From assembly GCA_028689875.1 (NCBI GenBank), contig JAQVCG010000004.1:3414-67413 (forward strand): a DNA stretch of 64,000 nt, given 5' to 3'. The stretch comes from Candidatus Rifleibacteriota bacterium (GTDB lineage Bacteria; Muiribacteriota; Ozemobacteria; Ozemobacterales; Ozemobacteraceae). A model generated the notes under the pieces. The model was given only the letters and a program-made list of their open reading frames with translations, was not told the DNA's origin and made no database searches. Position 1 is the first letter of the stretch. The number at the start of each line of letters is the position of its first letter. Both the position numbers and the translations under genes were made by a program. Shown piece after piece: positions 17,878 through 27,135 of this stretch.

Positions 17878-18964
17878 TTTGGGGGAAGAAGGGGGTTAGT
17901 TGGTCTAGGATTTTGTTTTCGACGTTGGCGGGTCTTGAGTTGCCCATTGCGGCGGACATGGCTTTTAGGGTTTGTTGATCTTGTAGTTCTATTAAGAGCT
18001 TGGAGACGGCGTCGAGGGTGAGTTGGTCGTCGCGCAGCATTTTGGCAGCGTTTAGGTCTTCTAGGACTTTAGCGTTTTTTTCCTGGTGGTTGTCGGTGGC
18101 GTAGGGGTAAGGCACAAGTATTGCCGGTTTTTTGCAGACTGCTATTTCGGCCAGAATTGTTGCGCCTGCTCTTGAGATTAAAAGGTCTGAGGCGTCGAAA
18201 ATTTCTTTCATTTCGTGGTGATAGGGCAAGAGCGTATAGTTTTCGGGCGGGTTTTTGACTGCGTTTTTAACCATTTCGTAGTCGCGTTCGCCCGAAATGT
18301 GGATAAGCTTAACGTTTTTATGTTCTGTGAGCCAAGTTTGTGCAAGTTCAATGCAGAGCTTGTTAAGTGACAGAGCGCCTCTTGAGCCGCCTACTACGGC
18401 TACGGTAAAGTCCTCGTTATTTTTTGCAAAAAGCTTGTTTGTGTCTGCTTTATTTTGGTTTAAAAATGCTTTTCTGACAGGATTTCCTGTTACAATAATT
18501 CTATCGTTATCGGGCTTGTAGGCTGATTCGTAGGTTAAAAAAACTTTTTTTGCCGACGAAACAAACAAACGGTTAGTGACTCCCATGGCTGCATTTTGTT
18601 CGTGCATCACAACGGGAATATTTAAAATTCCGGCTGCGGCGAGCACCGGAAAAGCCACGAAACCGCCGGTTGTAATGGCTAAATCAGGCTTGAACTCTTT
18701 TAAGTGTTTGTAAGCTTTGTAGATTCCTCTTAAGTTTACAAAAGGAAACGAAAACCATTTCAAACTAAGCTTTCTTGGCATTCCGAGAGCTTCAACGCCC
18801 ATAAAGAGAATGTCCTTCTCTCTTTCGACGATTTTTTCTTCTAACCCGCCGGTAACGCCTATGTATCCGGCTTCGAAATCGTATTTTTCTTTTAAAATTT
18901 CTTTAATAGCTAATGCGGGATAAATGTGTCCGCCGGTTCCGCCGCCGCTGAATACTACTTTCAT
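17867..18964 (-). CDS. murG: undecaprenyl-PP-MurNAc-pentapeptide GlcNAc transferase
   Basis: 365 aa. 'GGGTGGHIYPALAI'. GT28 two-domain layout. Overlaps the ftsW stop by 4 nt. Confidence 0.9.
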   Translation of the reverse strand: MKVVFSGGGTGGHIYPALAIKEILKEKYDFEAGYIGVTGGLEEKIVEREKDILFMGVEALGMPRKLSLKWFSFPFVNLRGIYKAYKHLKEFKPDLAITTGGFVAFPVLAAAGILNIPVVMHEQNAAMGVTNRLFVSSAKKVFLTYESAYKPDNDRIIVTGNPVRKAFLNQNKADTNKLFAKNNEDFTVAVVGGSRGALSLNKLCIELAQTWLTEHKNVKLIHISGERDYEMVKNAVKNPPENYTLLPYHHEMKEIFDASDLLISRAGATILAEIAVCKKPAILVPYPYATDNHQEKNAKVLEDLNAAKMLRDDQLTLDAVSKLLIELQDQQTLKAMSAAMGNSRPANVENKILDQLTPFFPQTLK

Positions 18965-20142
18965 TTTGCTTTCCTTATCGCGTGGCCGGGTGCTCTGAAT
19001 TGCACCGAGAACAGTGAAGGTTTGTGTTCTTCATACATACTTTTCGCAGAAGAATACTTAGAAATGTTAAGCAATACGCCAACACCCATTGCTAGGAATA
19101 CCAAGCTTGAACCACCGTAACTTATAAATGGCAGTGTAACGCCGGTTGTTGGAATAAGGCTTAATACAACGCCGATGTTAACCATTACTTGTAGGCCTAT
19201 AACGGTTGTTAAGCCTGATGCAAGCAAAAAGCCGAACATGTCGGGTGCGCGGCTTGCTATGTATAGACCGCGCCAAATAAGCACTAAAAATAGTAACAGC
19301 ACGAATATGCCGCCTATAAGGCCAAGCTCTTCACAAATTATTGCAAAGATAAAGTCTGTGTGACGCTCGGGCAAAATAAAAAACTTTTGCCTGCTTTGTC
19401 CGAGTCCGAAACCGAATAAACCACCGGAACCAATCGCCACCAGAGACTGGATAATGTGATACCCACTTCCTTGGGCATTTTCCCATGGATTAATGAATGC
19501 GAGCAAACGGCGCATGCGGTAACCGGCTCTGAAAATAAGCGCGAAAACCATGGCGACACCGCCAGCAGAGAGCCACGCTAAGTTCTTGATAGAGCCGTTT
19601 CCGAGAAAGTACATTGTGAGGTAGGTTCCCATTATGAGGGTGGCTGTTGAAAGGTTTGGCTCTTTGTATATGAGCAAAAATATAACGCCGGTAACAAGTA
19701 AATCAGGAAGCATACCTTGAGTGAAGCTTTTAATTTTTTCTTGCCTAAGCGAGATTGAGTGCGCCATATATAGGACAAAGCACATCTTCGCGAATTCTGA
19801 GGGCTGAAACCCAAAGCCGCCGAAGCGCAGCCAGCGTTTTGCGCCGCCGATATCGCGTGCTACTCCGGGGATTAAGATCAGTATGAGCAGAATAATCGAT
19901 ATTGCGAGCATCGGTACTGTAACTTTTTCAAGTTTTGTATAGGGAATAACGCTAAAACCGAGCATTCCCAGCAAACCAACGCAAACCCAGATTAACTGGC
20001 GTTTGAAGTAATACAGCCCGTCGGCCATTATGGCTATTGAGTTAAGCGAGCTCGCCGAATATACCATTATCAGCCCGATACCCATGAGGGCTATCACGAC
20101 GAATAAGAGTATATGGTCGCCTTGGTGAGTTTTAATGTTCAT
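18961..20142 (-). CDS. ftsW: SEDS-family peptidoglycan polymerase FtsW
   Basis: 393 aa, about 10 TM segments. 'GVTLPFISYGGSSLV' SEDS C-terminal motif. Position between murD and murG. Confidence 0.85.
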   Translation of the reverse strand: MNIKTHQGDHILLFVVIALMGIGLIMVYSASSLNSIAIMADGLYYFKRQLIWVCVGLLGMLGFSVIPYTKLEKVTVPMLAISIILLILILIPGVARDIGGAKRWLRFGGFGFQPSEFAKMCFVLYMAHSISLRQEKIKSFTQGMLPDLLVTGVIFLLIYKEPNLSTATLIMGTYLTMYFLGNGSIKNLAWLSAGGVAMVFALIFRAGYRMRRLLAFINPWENAQGSGYHIIQSLVAIGSGGLFGFGLGQSRQKFFILPERHTDFIFAIICEELGLIGGIFVLLLFLVLIWRGLYIASRAPDMFGFLLASGLTTVIGLQVMVNIGVVLSLIPTTGVTLPFISYGGSSLVFLAMGVGVLLNISKYSSAKSMYEEHKPSLFSVQFRAPGHAIRKAK

Positions 20143-20144
20143 CG

Positions 20145-21512
20145 TTAATTCTGTTTGTTATCAAGTTCGTGCACCAGTTCTTTGAATCTGGCGCCCCTTA
20201 TTTCGAAATTTAAAAACAAGTCGTAGCTGCTGCAAGCCGGAGAAAGCAAGACTGTGTCGCCCGGTTGCGCTGATTCATGCGCCATTTTGACAGCTTCTTC
20301 AAACGATAGCGCAATTTTTAAGGGAACAAGGCCCTCAAGTGCCGATCTGAATCGCTGCTTTGCCTCTCCGTAGAGTATTACCGTTTTACAGTTTAATCTA
20401 ATGGACTTAGCCCAGTCTGAGAGGTCTGTTCCTTTGTCTCTGCCGCCCGCAATCAGTATTAGTGGCTTTTTGCATGCTCTCATGGCGATAATCGAAGCTG
20501 CGCAGTTTGTGCCTTTTGAGTCGTTTATGTAGTCGGCTCCGTTAATTTTTTTAACGAATTCGAGTCTGTGTTCAACTCCGGTGAAGTTTCTTACGGCTTC
20601 TTCAATTTTATTTTCGGGTATTTGCAAAATAATTGCTGCCAGAGTGGCGCACATAATATTTTCAACGTTGTGTTCACCTAGGATTTTGGCAGCAGACAGC
20701 GGGAAAAGTATTTTTTCTGCGCCTGTTTCGGGCAGATAAACGTAACAATCATTTTTTACGGTTATGGCGGGTCTTAAGTTATCTACGTTTCTTCCGAACC
20801 AGGCAGTTTTGCATTTAACTTCCTTTGCCATGTTGCGCATTATTTCTTGTTCTGCGTTCAATATCAAATAATCGCCCTGCCTCATGTTCATGGCAATGCG
20901 TTTTTTGGCGTCAATATACGACTGGTAGGTCGGATAGCGGTCTAAATGATTTTCGAAAAAGTTAGTAATTATTGCTATATCGGGCTTAAACTGCGAGATG
21001 TTTTCTAGCTGAAAACTGCTTATTTCAAGCACTTGCACGGAATTGTCGGTAGTTTGCGAGGCAAATTTCATTACCGGAATTCCAATATTGCCGCCCAGAA
21101 ATACTTCTTTAAAATGGGATTCGCATATTATTGAGAGCAGTGTTGTCGTGGTGGTTTTGCCGTTACTGCCTGTTACAGCTATTCTTTTTCCTTTAGAAAG
21201 TCTGTACGCTGCTTCGATTTCGCTTAAAACGGGAACATTTTTTTGAGCAGCTTTTATTAAAATTGGCAGGTCACTTCTGACACCGGGGCTGAGTATTATA
21301 TAGTCTGAATCAAGGATTCTTTCTGAGTGGACTCCGGCTTCGAAGTTTACCGAGTCTATGATTCCTTCGCTGATTAGTGCTGCTTTAAGTTTGTCTTCCT
21401 TTTGTATGTCTGATATAAAGACGCTTGCGCCATTTTTTATAAGGTAATTAGCGGCGGCGAGTCCGCTTTTGGCTGCACCGACTATACTTACTTTTTTCCC
21501 TGCGACGTTCAT
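20145..21512 (-). CDS. murD: UDP-N-acetylmuramoylalanine--D-glutamate ligase
   Basis: 455 aa. 'VSIVGAAKSGLAAANYL', 'AVTGSNGKTTTTTLL', Mur ligase C-terminal 'DTVLLSPACSSYD'. Confidence 0.9.
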   Translation of the reverse strand: MNVAGKKVSIVGAAKSGLAAANYLIKNGASVFISDIQKEDKLKAALISEGIIDSVNFEAGVHSERILDSDYIILSPGVRSDLPILIKAAQKNVPVLSEIEAAYRLSKGKRIAVTGSNGKTTTTTLLSIICESHFKEVFLGGNIGIPVMKFASQTTDNSVQVLEISSFQLENISQFKPDIAIITNFFENHLDRYPTYQSYIDAKKRIAMNMRQGDYLILNAEQEIMRNMAKEVKCKTAWFGRNVDNLRPAITVKNDCYVYLPETGAEKILFPLSAAKILGEHNVENIMCATLAAIILQIPENKIEEAVRNFTGVEHRLEFVKKINGADYINDSKGTNCAASIIAMRACKKPLILIAGGRDKGTDLSDWAKSIRLNCKTVILYGEAKQRFRSALEGLVPLKIALSFEEAVKMAHESAQPGDTVLLSPACSSYDLFLNFEIRGARFKELVHELDNKQN

Positions 21513-21602
21513 TTAGTGCCTCGAATTTTTAATTTACAAAATCTTATCACAATAGGTTCGAGAATTAAAGAGCAAGAGAATGTTTTAGAGAAAATGTTGG
21601 CT

Positions 21603-21683
21603 ATGTGTATAGGGTGATTGCAGCGCCGGCTTTCAGCGGGGGTACTAATACTTGCTTAGCATGAATTGGAGATTATTTGATGG
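21603..21683 (+). repeat. dispersed intergenic repeat, copy C
   Basis: CAGCGCCGGCTTTCAGCGG (21621-21639) is identical to 58758-58776. Left flank ATGTGTATAGGGTGATTG and right end TTGGAGATTATTTGATGG parallel copy A. Confidence 0.6.
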
Positions 21684-21701
21684 GGCTTTTTTAAAAATGG
21701 C

Positions 21702-21730
21702 TTGTCAGTTTTGAAAATGGCGAGTAGACT
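21702..21730 (+). promoter_or_regulatory. sigma70-like promoter candidate (TTGTCA-17-TAGACT) for the GAPDH-family gene
   Basis: Hexamers at 21702-21707 and 21725-21730 with a 17-nt spacer, about 55 nt upstream of the ATG. Confidence 0.4.
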
Positions 21731-21784
21731 GTTTAGAGGTCGTGTGAATAGTTATTAGAAAAATATGAATAGGAGAGTAATGAA

Positions 21785-23056
21785 ATGGCAATTGATGTGT
21801 TCAAAAGTCGGAGGAAAATTCTTGGGATTAACAGTCTCGGTCGAATCGGCAAGTTGACTTTATGGCACCACATCGGAGCAAAATACTTCGATGAAATCAT
21901 TGTGAATCAGGGGCGTGAAATTGGGCGCGATTTGTATTCTGTGGCACAATTCATCGAAAAAGATTCTACATATGGCGCTATGCACAGGTTTATGTATGGT
22001 GTAAATGCCAAGCCATTTATTGAAGTTTTAGATAACGAAGCCGGTAAAATGCGAATAGATGGTATTCCTGTAACAATACTTCGCAAAGCACGAAACCCTA
22101 AAGATATTCCTTGGCGCGAATATGGTGTTGAAGTTGTAACAGAATGTACAGGCAAATTTATTGACCCCACAATCGACGCGGACGACCCAAAAGGCTCTAT
22201 AAGAGGCCATTTGGCGGCCGGTGCGCGTGTTGTTTTAAATTCATCGGCTTTTAAGATTAAAAATAAAGCTGCAACACAGCCCGAAGATGCGGTTACTCTT
22301 ATTTACGGCATCAATCACGGCGCGTTTGACCCCGAAAAACATCGTGTTATATCTGCAGCGTCCTGTACCACTACCGGTCTCGCGCATATGATTAAACCTT
22401 TGTTAGAAAATGAGTCGACAAGCAAAATTTTGACAGCCTCAATGTCTACTATCCACTCGGCTACCAATACGCAGTCTGTGCTTGATAGCGTCCCGGGCGC
22501 CGGCGAAAAGGATTTGCGCAAAAGCAGAAGCCTTTTGAATAACGTCATCCTAACATCGACTAATGCCGCCGAAGCTTTGGTTCAGGTTATTCCCGAAGTT
22601 AAAGAAATAGGTTTTATGGCTGACTCTATAAGAATTCCTACACCAACCGAGTCTTTGATAATTTTGAACGCAACTTTCCAGGCTCATCGAGAATTGGGAG
22701 CAGAAAAAACTGACATCAGCAGAGAAACAATCAATGGAATTTACAGCCGCGCTGCATCTATGCCCGACAGCTTAGTTGTTTATTCAGAAGAACAAAACGT
22801 TTCGACCGACGTGTCAGGCATGAATGCCGCGGTTGTAATCGAAGGTCAGTTTAACCACACTCGAACAACCTTCTTAAAGGCCGATTTATCGAGAGTGCCC
22901 GGTGTTCCTGCTGAAGTTATGAAGCTTATTCCTAATCAAGAGCTCGAAATACCCGTTGTTCATGCGAAAATCTTCGGGTGGTATGACAACGAATTCGGCA
23001 GTTACACCAATCGCTTGGGCGATTTGACGATTCACGCACACAAAAGTTTGCGCTGA
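21785..23056 (+). CDS. glyceraldehyde-3-phosphate dehydrogenase family protein (long, divergent)
   Basis: 423 aa. 'GINSLGRIGKLTLWH' (NAD fold), 'SAASCTTTGLAHMIKPL' (catalytic Cys), 'MSTIHSATNTQ' (catalytic His), 'WYDNEFGS'. Confidence 0.75.
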   Translation: MAIDVFKSRRKILGINSLGRIGKLTLWHHIGAKYFDEIIVNQGREIGRDLYSVAQFIEKDSTYGAMHRFMYGVNAKPFIEVLDNEAGKMRIDGIPVTILRKARNPKDIPWREYGVEVVTECTGKFIDPTIDADDPKGSIRGHLAAGARVVLNSSAFKIKNKAATQPEDAVTLIYGINHGAFDPEKHRVISAASCTTTGLAHMIKPLLENESTSKILTASMSTIHSATNTQSVLDSVPGAGEKDLRKSRSLLNNVILTSTNAAEALVQVIPEVKEIGFMADSIRIPTPTESLIILNATFQAHRELGAEKTDISRETINGIYSRAASMPDSLVVYSEEQNVSTDVSGMNAAVVIEGQFNHTRTTFLKADLSRVPGVPAEVMKLIPNQELEIPVVHAKIFGWYDNEFGSYTNRLGDLTIHAHKSLR

Positions 23057-23073
23057 TTAACAGTCTAAACACA

Positions 23074-23110
23074 AATAGTCTTTGACTTTAAGTCAAAGAC
23101 TATTTTTTTT
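23074..23110 (+). terminator. rho-independent terminator (usable from both sides)
   Basis: Perfect arms AATAGTCTTTGACTT (23074-23088) and AAGTCAAAGACTATT (23090-23104), followed by T8. Lies between convergent genes. Confidence 0.8.
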
Positions 23111-23134
23111 GTTTCCTTAATCGAGTGACGCCGT

Positions 23135-23857
23135 TTACATCTCGTAATCGGCAGGCTCAAGTTTTGGTATAGTTTGGTATGTTTCCCACATTTTTGTGAG
23201 GGGCGTCGAATTGGGCACTAAAATATCGCGATAAATTTGAAGCGCTCTTTCGGGCGAAAAAACATACCTAAAAAACCAAAACTCAAACGGGAAAAAGTTT
23301 ATCTCGCCTTTGCCCGGGTATGGCTCAAAAGCCTCTGAGTTTTCGGTTAATTTAAGCTGCAATTCGACTAAATAGTCTTGTGTTACGGTTTGTGGCGGAA
23401 AAGCCAAGTCGTTAACATTTTCGCATTCGCGCAAGCCATTTTCTTTTAAAAGTCCGAAGATTCTACAAGGGAAGGGGCGAACGGGGTGTATGAGACACAT
23501 TCGCGTGTGCTCGTCTCTAAACGTGCATCGCAGTCGCTTTTCATCGCCGACTGTTGCTTTGCGGCTTTCGAGATCCATTATCGAAGAAGCGAGTCTTCTG
23601 ATTCGTTCGGGTTGCCATGTGGTCATTATTTCTCTCATGATGCGGTGGTATTCAAGAGAGTAAATAGACACTGAATTGCAGCAATTGCCGCAGTTCTCGC
23701 ATGAGGTCCGCGGAAGTTTGTCGTGAAGTCGATCAACCATTTCCATGCCGAAGGTTCCGTGCTCGGCAGAGGCACTTAAAGCTTTTACGACGTATTTATC
23801 AAGGTTTTTATCAGCCGCAAGTTTTATTTTTTTGATCAGATCATTCGACTCGGACAA
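23135..23857 (-). CDS. YkgJ-family cysteine-cluster protein
   Basis: 240 aa. 'CENCGNCCNS' = CxxCxxCC signature, plus later Cys residues ('RLRCTF','MCLIH','FPCRIF'). Confidence 0.6.
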   Translation of the reverse strand: MSESNDLIKKIKLAADKNLDKYVVKALSASAEHGTFGMEMVDRLHDKLPRTSCENCGNCCNSVSIYSLEYHRIMREIMTTWQPERIRRLASSIMDLESRKATVGDEKRLRCTFRDEHTRMCLIHPVRPFPCRIFGLLKENGLRECENVNDLAFPPQTVTQDYLVELQLKLTENSEAFEPYPGKGEINFFPFEFWFFRYVFSPERALQIYRDILVPNSTPLTKMWETYQTIPKLEPADYEM

Positions 23858-23875
23858 TAGTTTTACTCATTTATT

Positions 23876-24127
23876 TTATTCTTGGGTTTTTGCAAGGCTT
23901 ACTGTTAGGTTCCTGCCTTCAAATTCTTTTGTATTCATTTCGTTTACAGCATTTTCTGCTTCGTTGAGCTGTTCGAATTCAACAAAACCATATCCGCGTG
24001 AACGATTGGTTTTTCTGTCTATAATTACTTTTGCGCCCACAACTTTTCCGAATTGTGCAAAAGCCTTTTCAAGACCATTTTTGTCTACGCTGAATGGAAG
24101 ATTGCCCACAAAAATTTTAGAAGCCAT
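23876..24127 (-). CDS. RRM-type RNA-binding protein
   Basis: 83 aa. RNP2 'KIFVGNLPF' and RNP1 'RGYGFVEF'. Confidence 0.85.
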   Translation of the reverse strand: MASKIFVGNLPFSVDKNGLEKAFAQFGKVVGAKVIIDRKTNRSRGYGFVEFEQLNEAENAVNEMNTKEFEGRNLTVSLAKTQE

Positions 24128-24319
24128 TTAGAAGTTCTCCTCGTGCAATTAAATAAATTGCTATCCACCACAGAAAGCAACTATTAATCATTTTCTAACA
24201 AATTACGCAAAATTTCAACAAAAAAATAATAATATGTTAATAAAGACTTGTATATTATATGATTACCATTGTAATTTATAGGCTGGATAGCTTTAAAAAA
24301 GTCTCGAGGTTATATCGAA

Positions 24320-25318
24320 ATGAAAAAATTGACAGCCAGAATCAACCTTATTTTAATTTTAGTGCTCGTTGCGGGCGGTTATTACGTTAGTGTTAATAAA
24401 ATAGACCCTTTATCAAGTCTTATAAAACAATTACGTGATTTTGTTCTTTCAGTTGCCGGTGTTGAGGCCTATGCCAGCGTATACTATATAAGTTTGTTGA
24501 TTCTTTTGTTCTCAGTGTTTGTGTCTTTGTATGCCGCCTTTGAAGGGGTTTCTAAGAAAGAAATCGCATTAGAAAAAGAAATTAAGTTTTTAAAAGAAGA
24601 TGCAGAAGAATACGAAAACAAAAAAGTCGAATATATGACTGAAATTAAAAAACTTAATTTAAGGCTACAAGAGCTTCATATTTCGCTTGAACAAAAGGTT
24701 TCAATCGATAAATACGAAAAAGTTCAGGCAAAGGCCGAAGAAAGCGAAAGCGCATTAGAGGTCGAAAAAGCTAAAAGCGATGAATTATCAAACAAAATTA
24801 AAAAATTGTCGCAAAAAATTGAAGATCTTAACTCTGAAAAAACAAAATTAACTGAACAAGAACACGAATTAAACGAAAAACTTAAAGATTCAGAAGCAAA
24901 ACTTGCTTCTGCAAACGCAAACCTTAAGGGCGGCAAAGATGCGGTTCCGCCGGCAGCTTATCAGATTTTGTATCTCTTGCAAAAAGAGGGCAGACTGATA
25001 GATATGCTTCACGAGAACATAAGTGACTATGACGACGAAACTCTCGGAGGCGCTTTCCGCAAACTGCATGAAGACTTACAAGAATTGATCAAGGAACGCT
25101 TCATTTTGGAACCCGTGCTTAACGAAGAAGAAGGCAGCACGGTAACCCTTGATTCGATTGATCCTGATGCTGTAAAGGTTTCGGGTAAGGTTCCGGCTGA
25201 GGGGCCGTTTAAAGGTGAGTTGATTCATAAGGGCTGGCGGCTTAAAGAATGCAAATTGCCCGAAATGGTCGAAGGTTGGAAGGGCGACGTGATTGCTCAG
25301 GCTGAAATAGAAATCTGA
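24320..25318 (+). CDS. membrane-anchored coiled-coil protein with C-terminal DUF2760-like domain
   Basis: 332 aa. Two N-terminal hydrophobic segments. Long E/K coiled coil (aa ~85-210). C-terminal 'AAYQILYLLQKEGRLIDMLHENISDYDDETLGGAFRKLHE...GELIHKGWRL' matches my memory of DUF2760. Confidence 0.6.
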   Translation: MKKLTARINLILILVLVAGGYYVSVNKIDPLSSLIKQLRDFVLSVAGVEAYASVYYISLLILLFSVFVSLYAAFEGVSKKEIALEKEIKFLKEDAEEYENKKVEYMTEIKKLNLRLQELHISLEQKVSIDKYEKVQAKAEESESALEVEKAKSDELSNKIKKLSQKIEDLNSEKTKLTEQEHELNEKLKDSEAKLASANANLKGGKDAVPPAAYQILYLLQKEGRLIDMLHENISDYDDETLGGAFRKLHEDLQELIKERFILEPVLNEEEGSTVTLDSIDPDAVKVSGKVPAEGPFKGELIHKGWRLKECKLPEMVEGWKGDVIAQAEIEI

Positions 25319-25332
25319 TAAGGAGTTTTATT

Positions 25333-27135
25333 GTGGCAGCTGCAAAATACATTGTTGGTATAGACCTGGGAACGACGAATATGGTTTTGAGCTATTCGCG
25401 CATAACGAGCGGCTCTGACGACGAGGCTGACGACGGGCAGTCTATAGAATTTCTTCCGATAGTTCAGGAACAGCCTAAGAATGCCGTTGATACGGCAGAG
25501 GTTTTGCCATCGTTTATTTTTGAGCGCTTAAAAGAGAAGCCCGTTTTGCCCTGGGAAAGCGACAACGAGTTTATTATCGGAGAGTTTGCCCGTGAAAGGG
25601 GTGCCGAGGTGCCCGACAGGGTTATTTCTTCGGCTAAGTCATGGTTGTGCAATACGCGTGTAGACAGAACCAAAGCTATTTTGCCTTTTAACGGCGAAGA
25701 AAGCACAAAAAAGATATCGCCTCTGCAGGCTATGTCTATGTTTATAAGCCACTTGAAAAATGCGTGGCTGCAAGAGTTTCCAAAAGATAAGCTAGAAAAC
25801 CAAAAAGTTATCGTGACGATTCCGGCGTCTTTTGATGCTGCTGCCAGAGATTTAGTCATCGAAGCGGCAAAAATGGCCGGGTTGCCCTCTGTTTCGCTCA
25901 TCGAAGAGCCACAGTCGGCTTTTTATTCATGGATATCACAAAAAGAAAACCCTTGGCGCCAACAGGTGAAAAAGGGCGACGTTGTGCTTGTGGTTGATGT
26001 TGGTGGCGGCACCACAGACTTTAGTCTTATCGAGATAACAGAATCTGACGGCGATCTCAACTTAGACCGAGTTGCGGTTGGCAATCACATTTTGCTCGGC
26101 GGCGACAACATGGACCTGACTTTGGCTTACATTGCCGCTAAGAGGCTCGAAGATTCGGGCAAAAAAATCACTCGTTGGCAGACGGTTCAGTTAAGCCATC
26201 AATGCCGAAAAGCTAAAGAAATTTTACTGAGCGACTCTGAAAAAGATTCGGTGCCCGTAACTGTTTCGGGGCGCGGTAGCAGTGTTATAGGCGGCACAAT
26301 AAAAACACAGATTACCCGTGAAGACATTGAAAACAGCATTGTCGAAGGCTTTTTCCCGCACTGTTCGATTGATGACGAGCCTGCAGAAGACACAACCTCG
26401 GGTGTTCGCGAGCTTAACCTAATGTATGCGGCCGATGCGGCAGTTTCGAAGCATTTAGCAAAGTTTTTAAAAAGGCAGATGAATGACGCGCACAAAGAGT
26501 ATGGCTATCCTAATGCGATACTTTTCAATGGCGGCGTTTTTAAGGCTAAAATTTTCAGAGACCGTTTGGTGGCCATTATAGATAGCTGGTTAACCGAATC
26601 GGGCAAAGAACAAATTAAAATTCTTGAAGGAATTGAGCTTTCGAAGGCCGTTTCAAGAGGCGCTGTTTACTTCGGACAAGCTGTGTCGGGCAAAGGCATA
26701 AGAATAAGAGGCGGTGTTTCACAGTCTTATTATCTTGGAATCGAAACGCCTATGCCTGCTGTGCCCGGGTTTAAACCGCCGTTAAAAGCTTTGTGCGTAG
26801 CTAAGCAAGGCACCGAAGAAGGAACCGTTCTAAAGATAGAAAATCGATCGTTTGGTCTTATAATAGGAAAAACAGCGGAATTCAGATTTTTCAAGTCTAA
26901 TTGCCGCCGTGAAGACGAATTTGGCCAGATGATACCTGACATGGACGAAACTTTCGAAGAGACAAGCTTAATGATGGCCGAAATGCCTGCTTATGACGGC
27001 TTAAAAGCCGGTGATCTGGTAGATGTTGAGCTCGAAATTTCGGTTACTGAGATTGGCACATTAGAAGTTTATTGTATTTCGAAAGACAATGAACACCGCT
27101 GGAAGCTAGAGTTTAACGTAAGAGAAGCGGCATAA
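25333..27135 (+). CDS. Hsp70-family (actin-fold ATPase) protein, non-canonical C-terminal domain
   Basis: 600 aa. GTG start with AGGAG upstream. 'IVGIDLGTTN', 'VTIPASFDAAARD', 'VVDVGGGTTDFSLIE', 'LLGGDNMDL', 'ILFNGGVFKAKIF'. Confidence 0.8.
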   Translation: MAAAKYIVGIDLGTTNMVLSYSRITSGSDDEADDGQSIEFLPIVQEQPKNAVDTAEVLPSFIFERLKEKPVLPWESDNEFIIGEFARERGAEVPDRVISSAKSWLCNTRVDRTKAILPFNGEESTKKISPLQAMSMFISHLKNAWLQEFPKDKLENQKVIVTIPASFDAAARDLVIEAAKMAGLPSVSLIEEPQSAFYSWISQKENPWRQQVKKGDVVLVVDVGGGTTDFSLIEITESDGDLNLDRVAVGNHILLGGDNMDLTLAYIAAKRLEDSGKKITRWQTVQLSHQCRKAKEILLSDSEKDSVPVTVSGRGSSVIGGTIKTQITREDIENSIVEGFFPHCSIDDEPAEDTTSGVRELNLMYAADAAVSKHLAKFLKRQMNDAHKEYGYPNAILFNGGVFKAKIFRDRLVAIIDSWLTESGKEQIKILEGIELSKAVSRGAVYFGQAVSGKGIRIRGGVSQSYYLGIETPMPAVPGFKPPLKALCVAKQGTEEGTVLKIENRSFGLIIGKTAEFRFFKSNCRREDEFGQMIPDMDETFEETSLMMAEMPAYDGLKAGDLVDVELEISVTEIGTLEVYCISKDNEHRWKLEFNVREAA

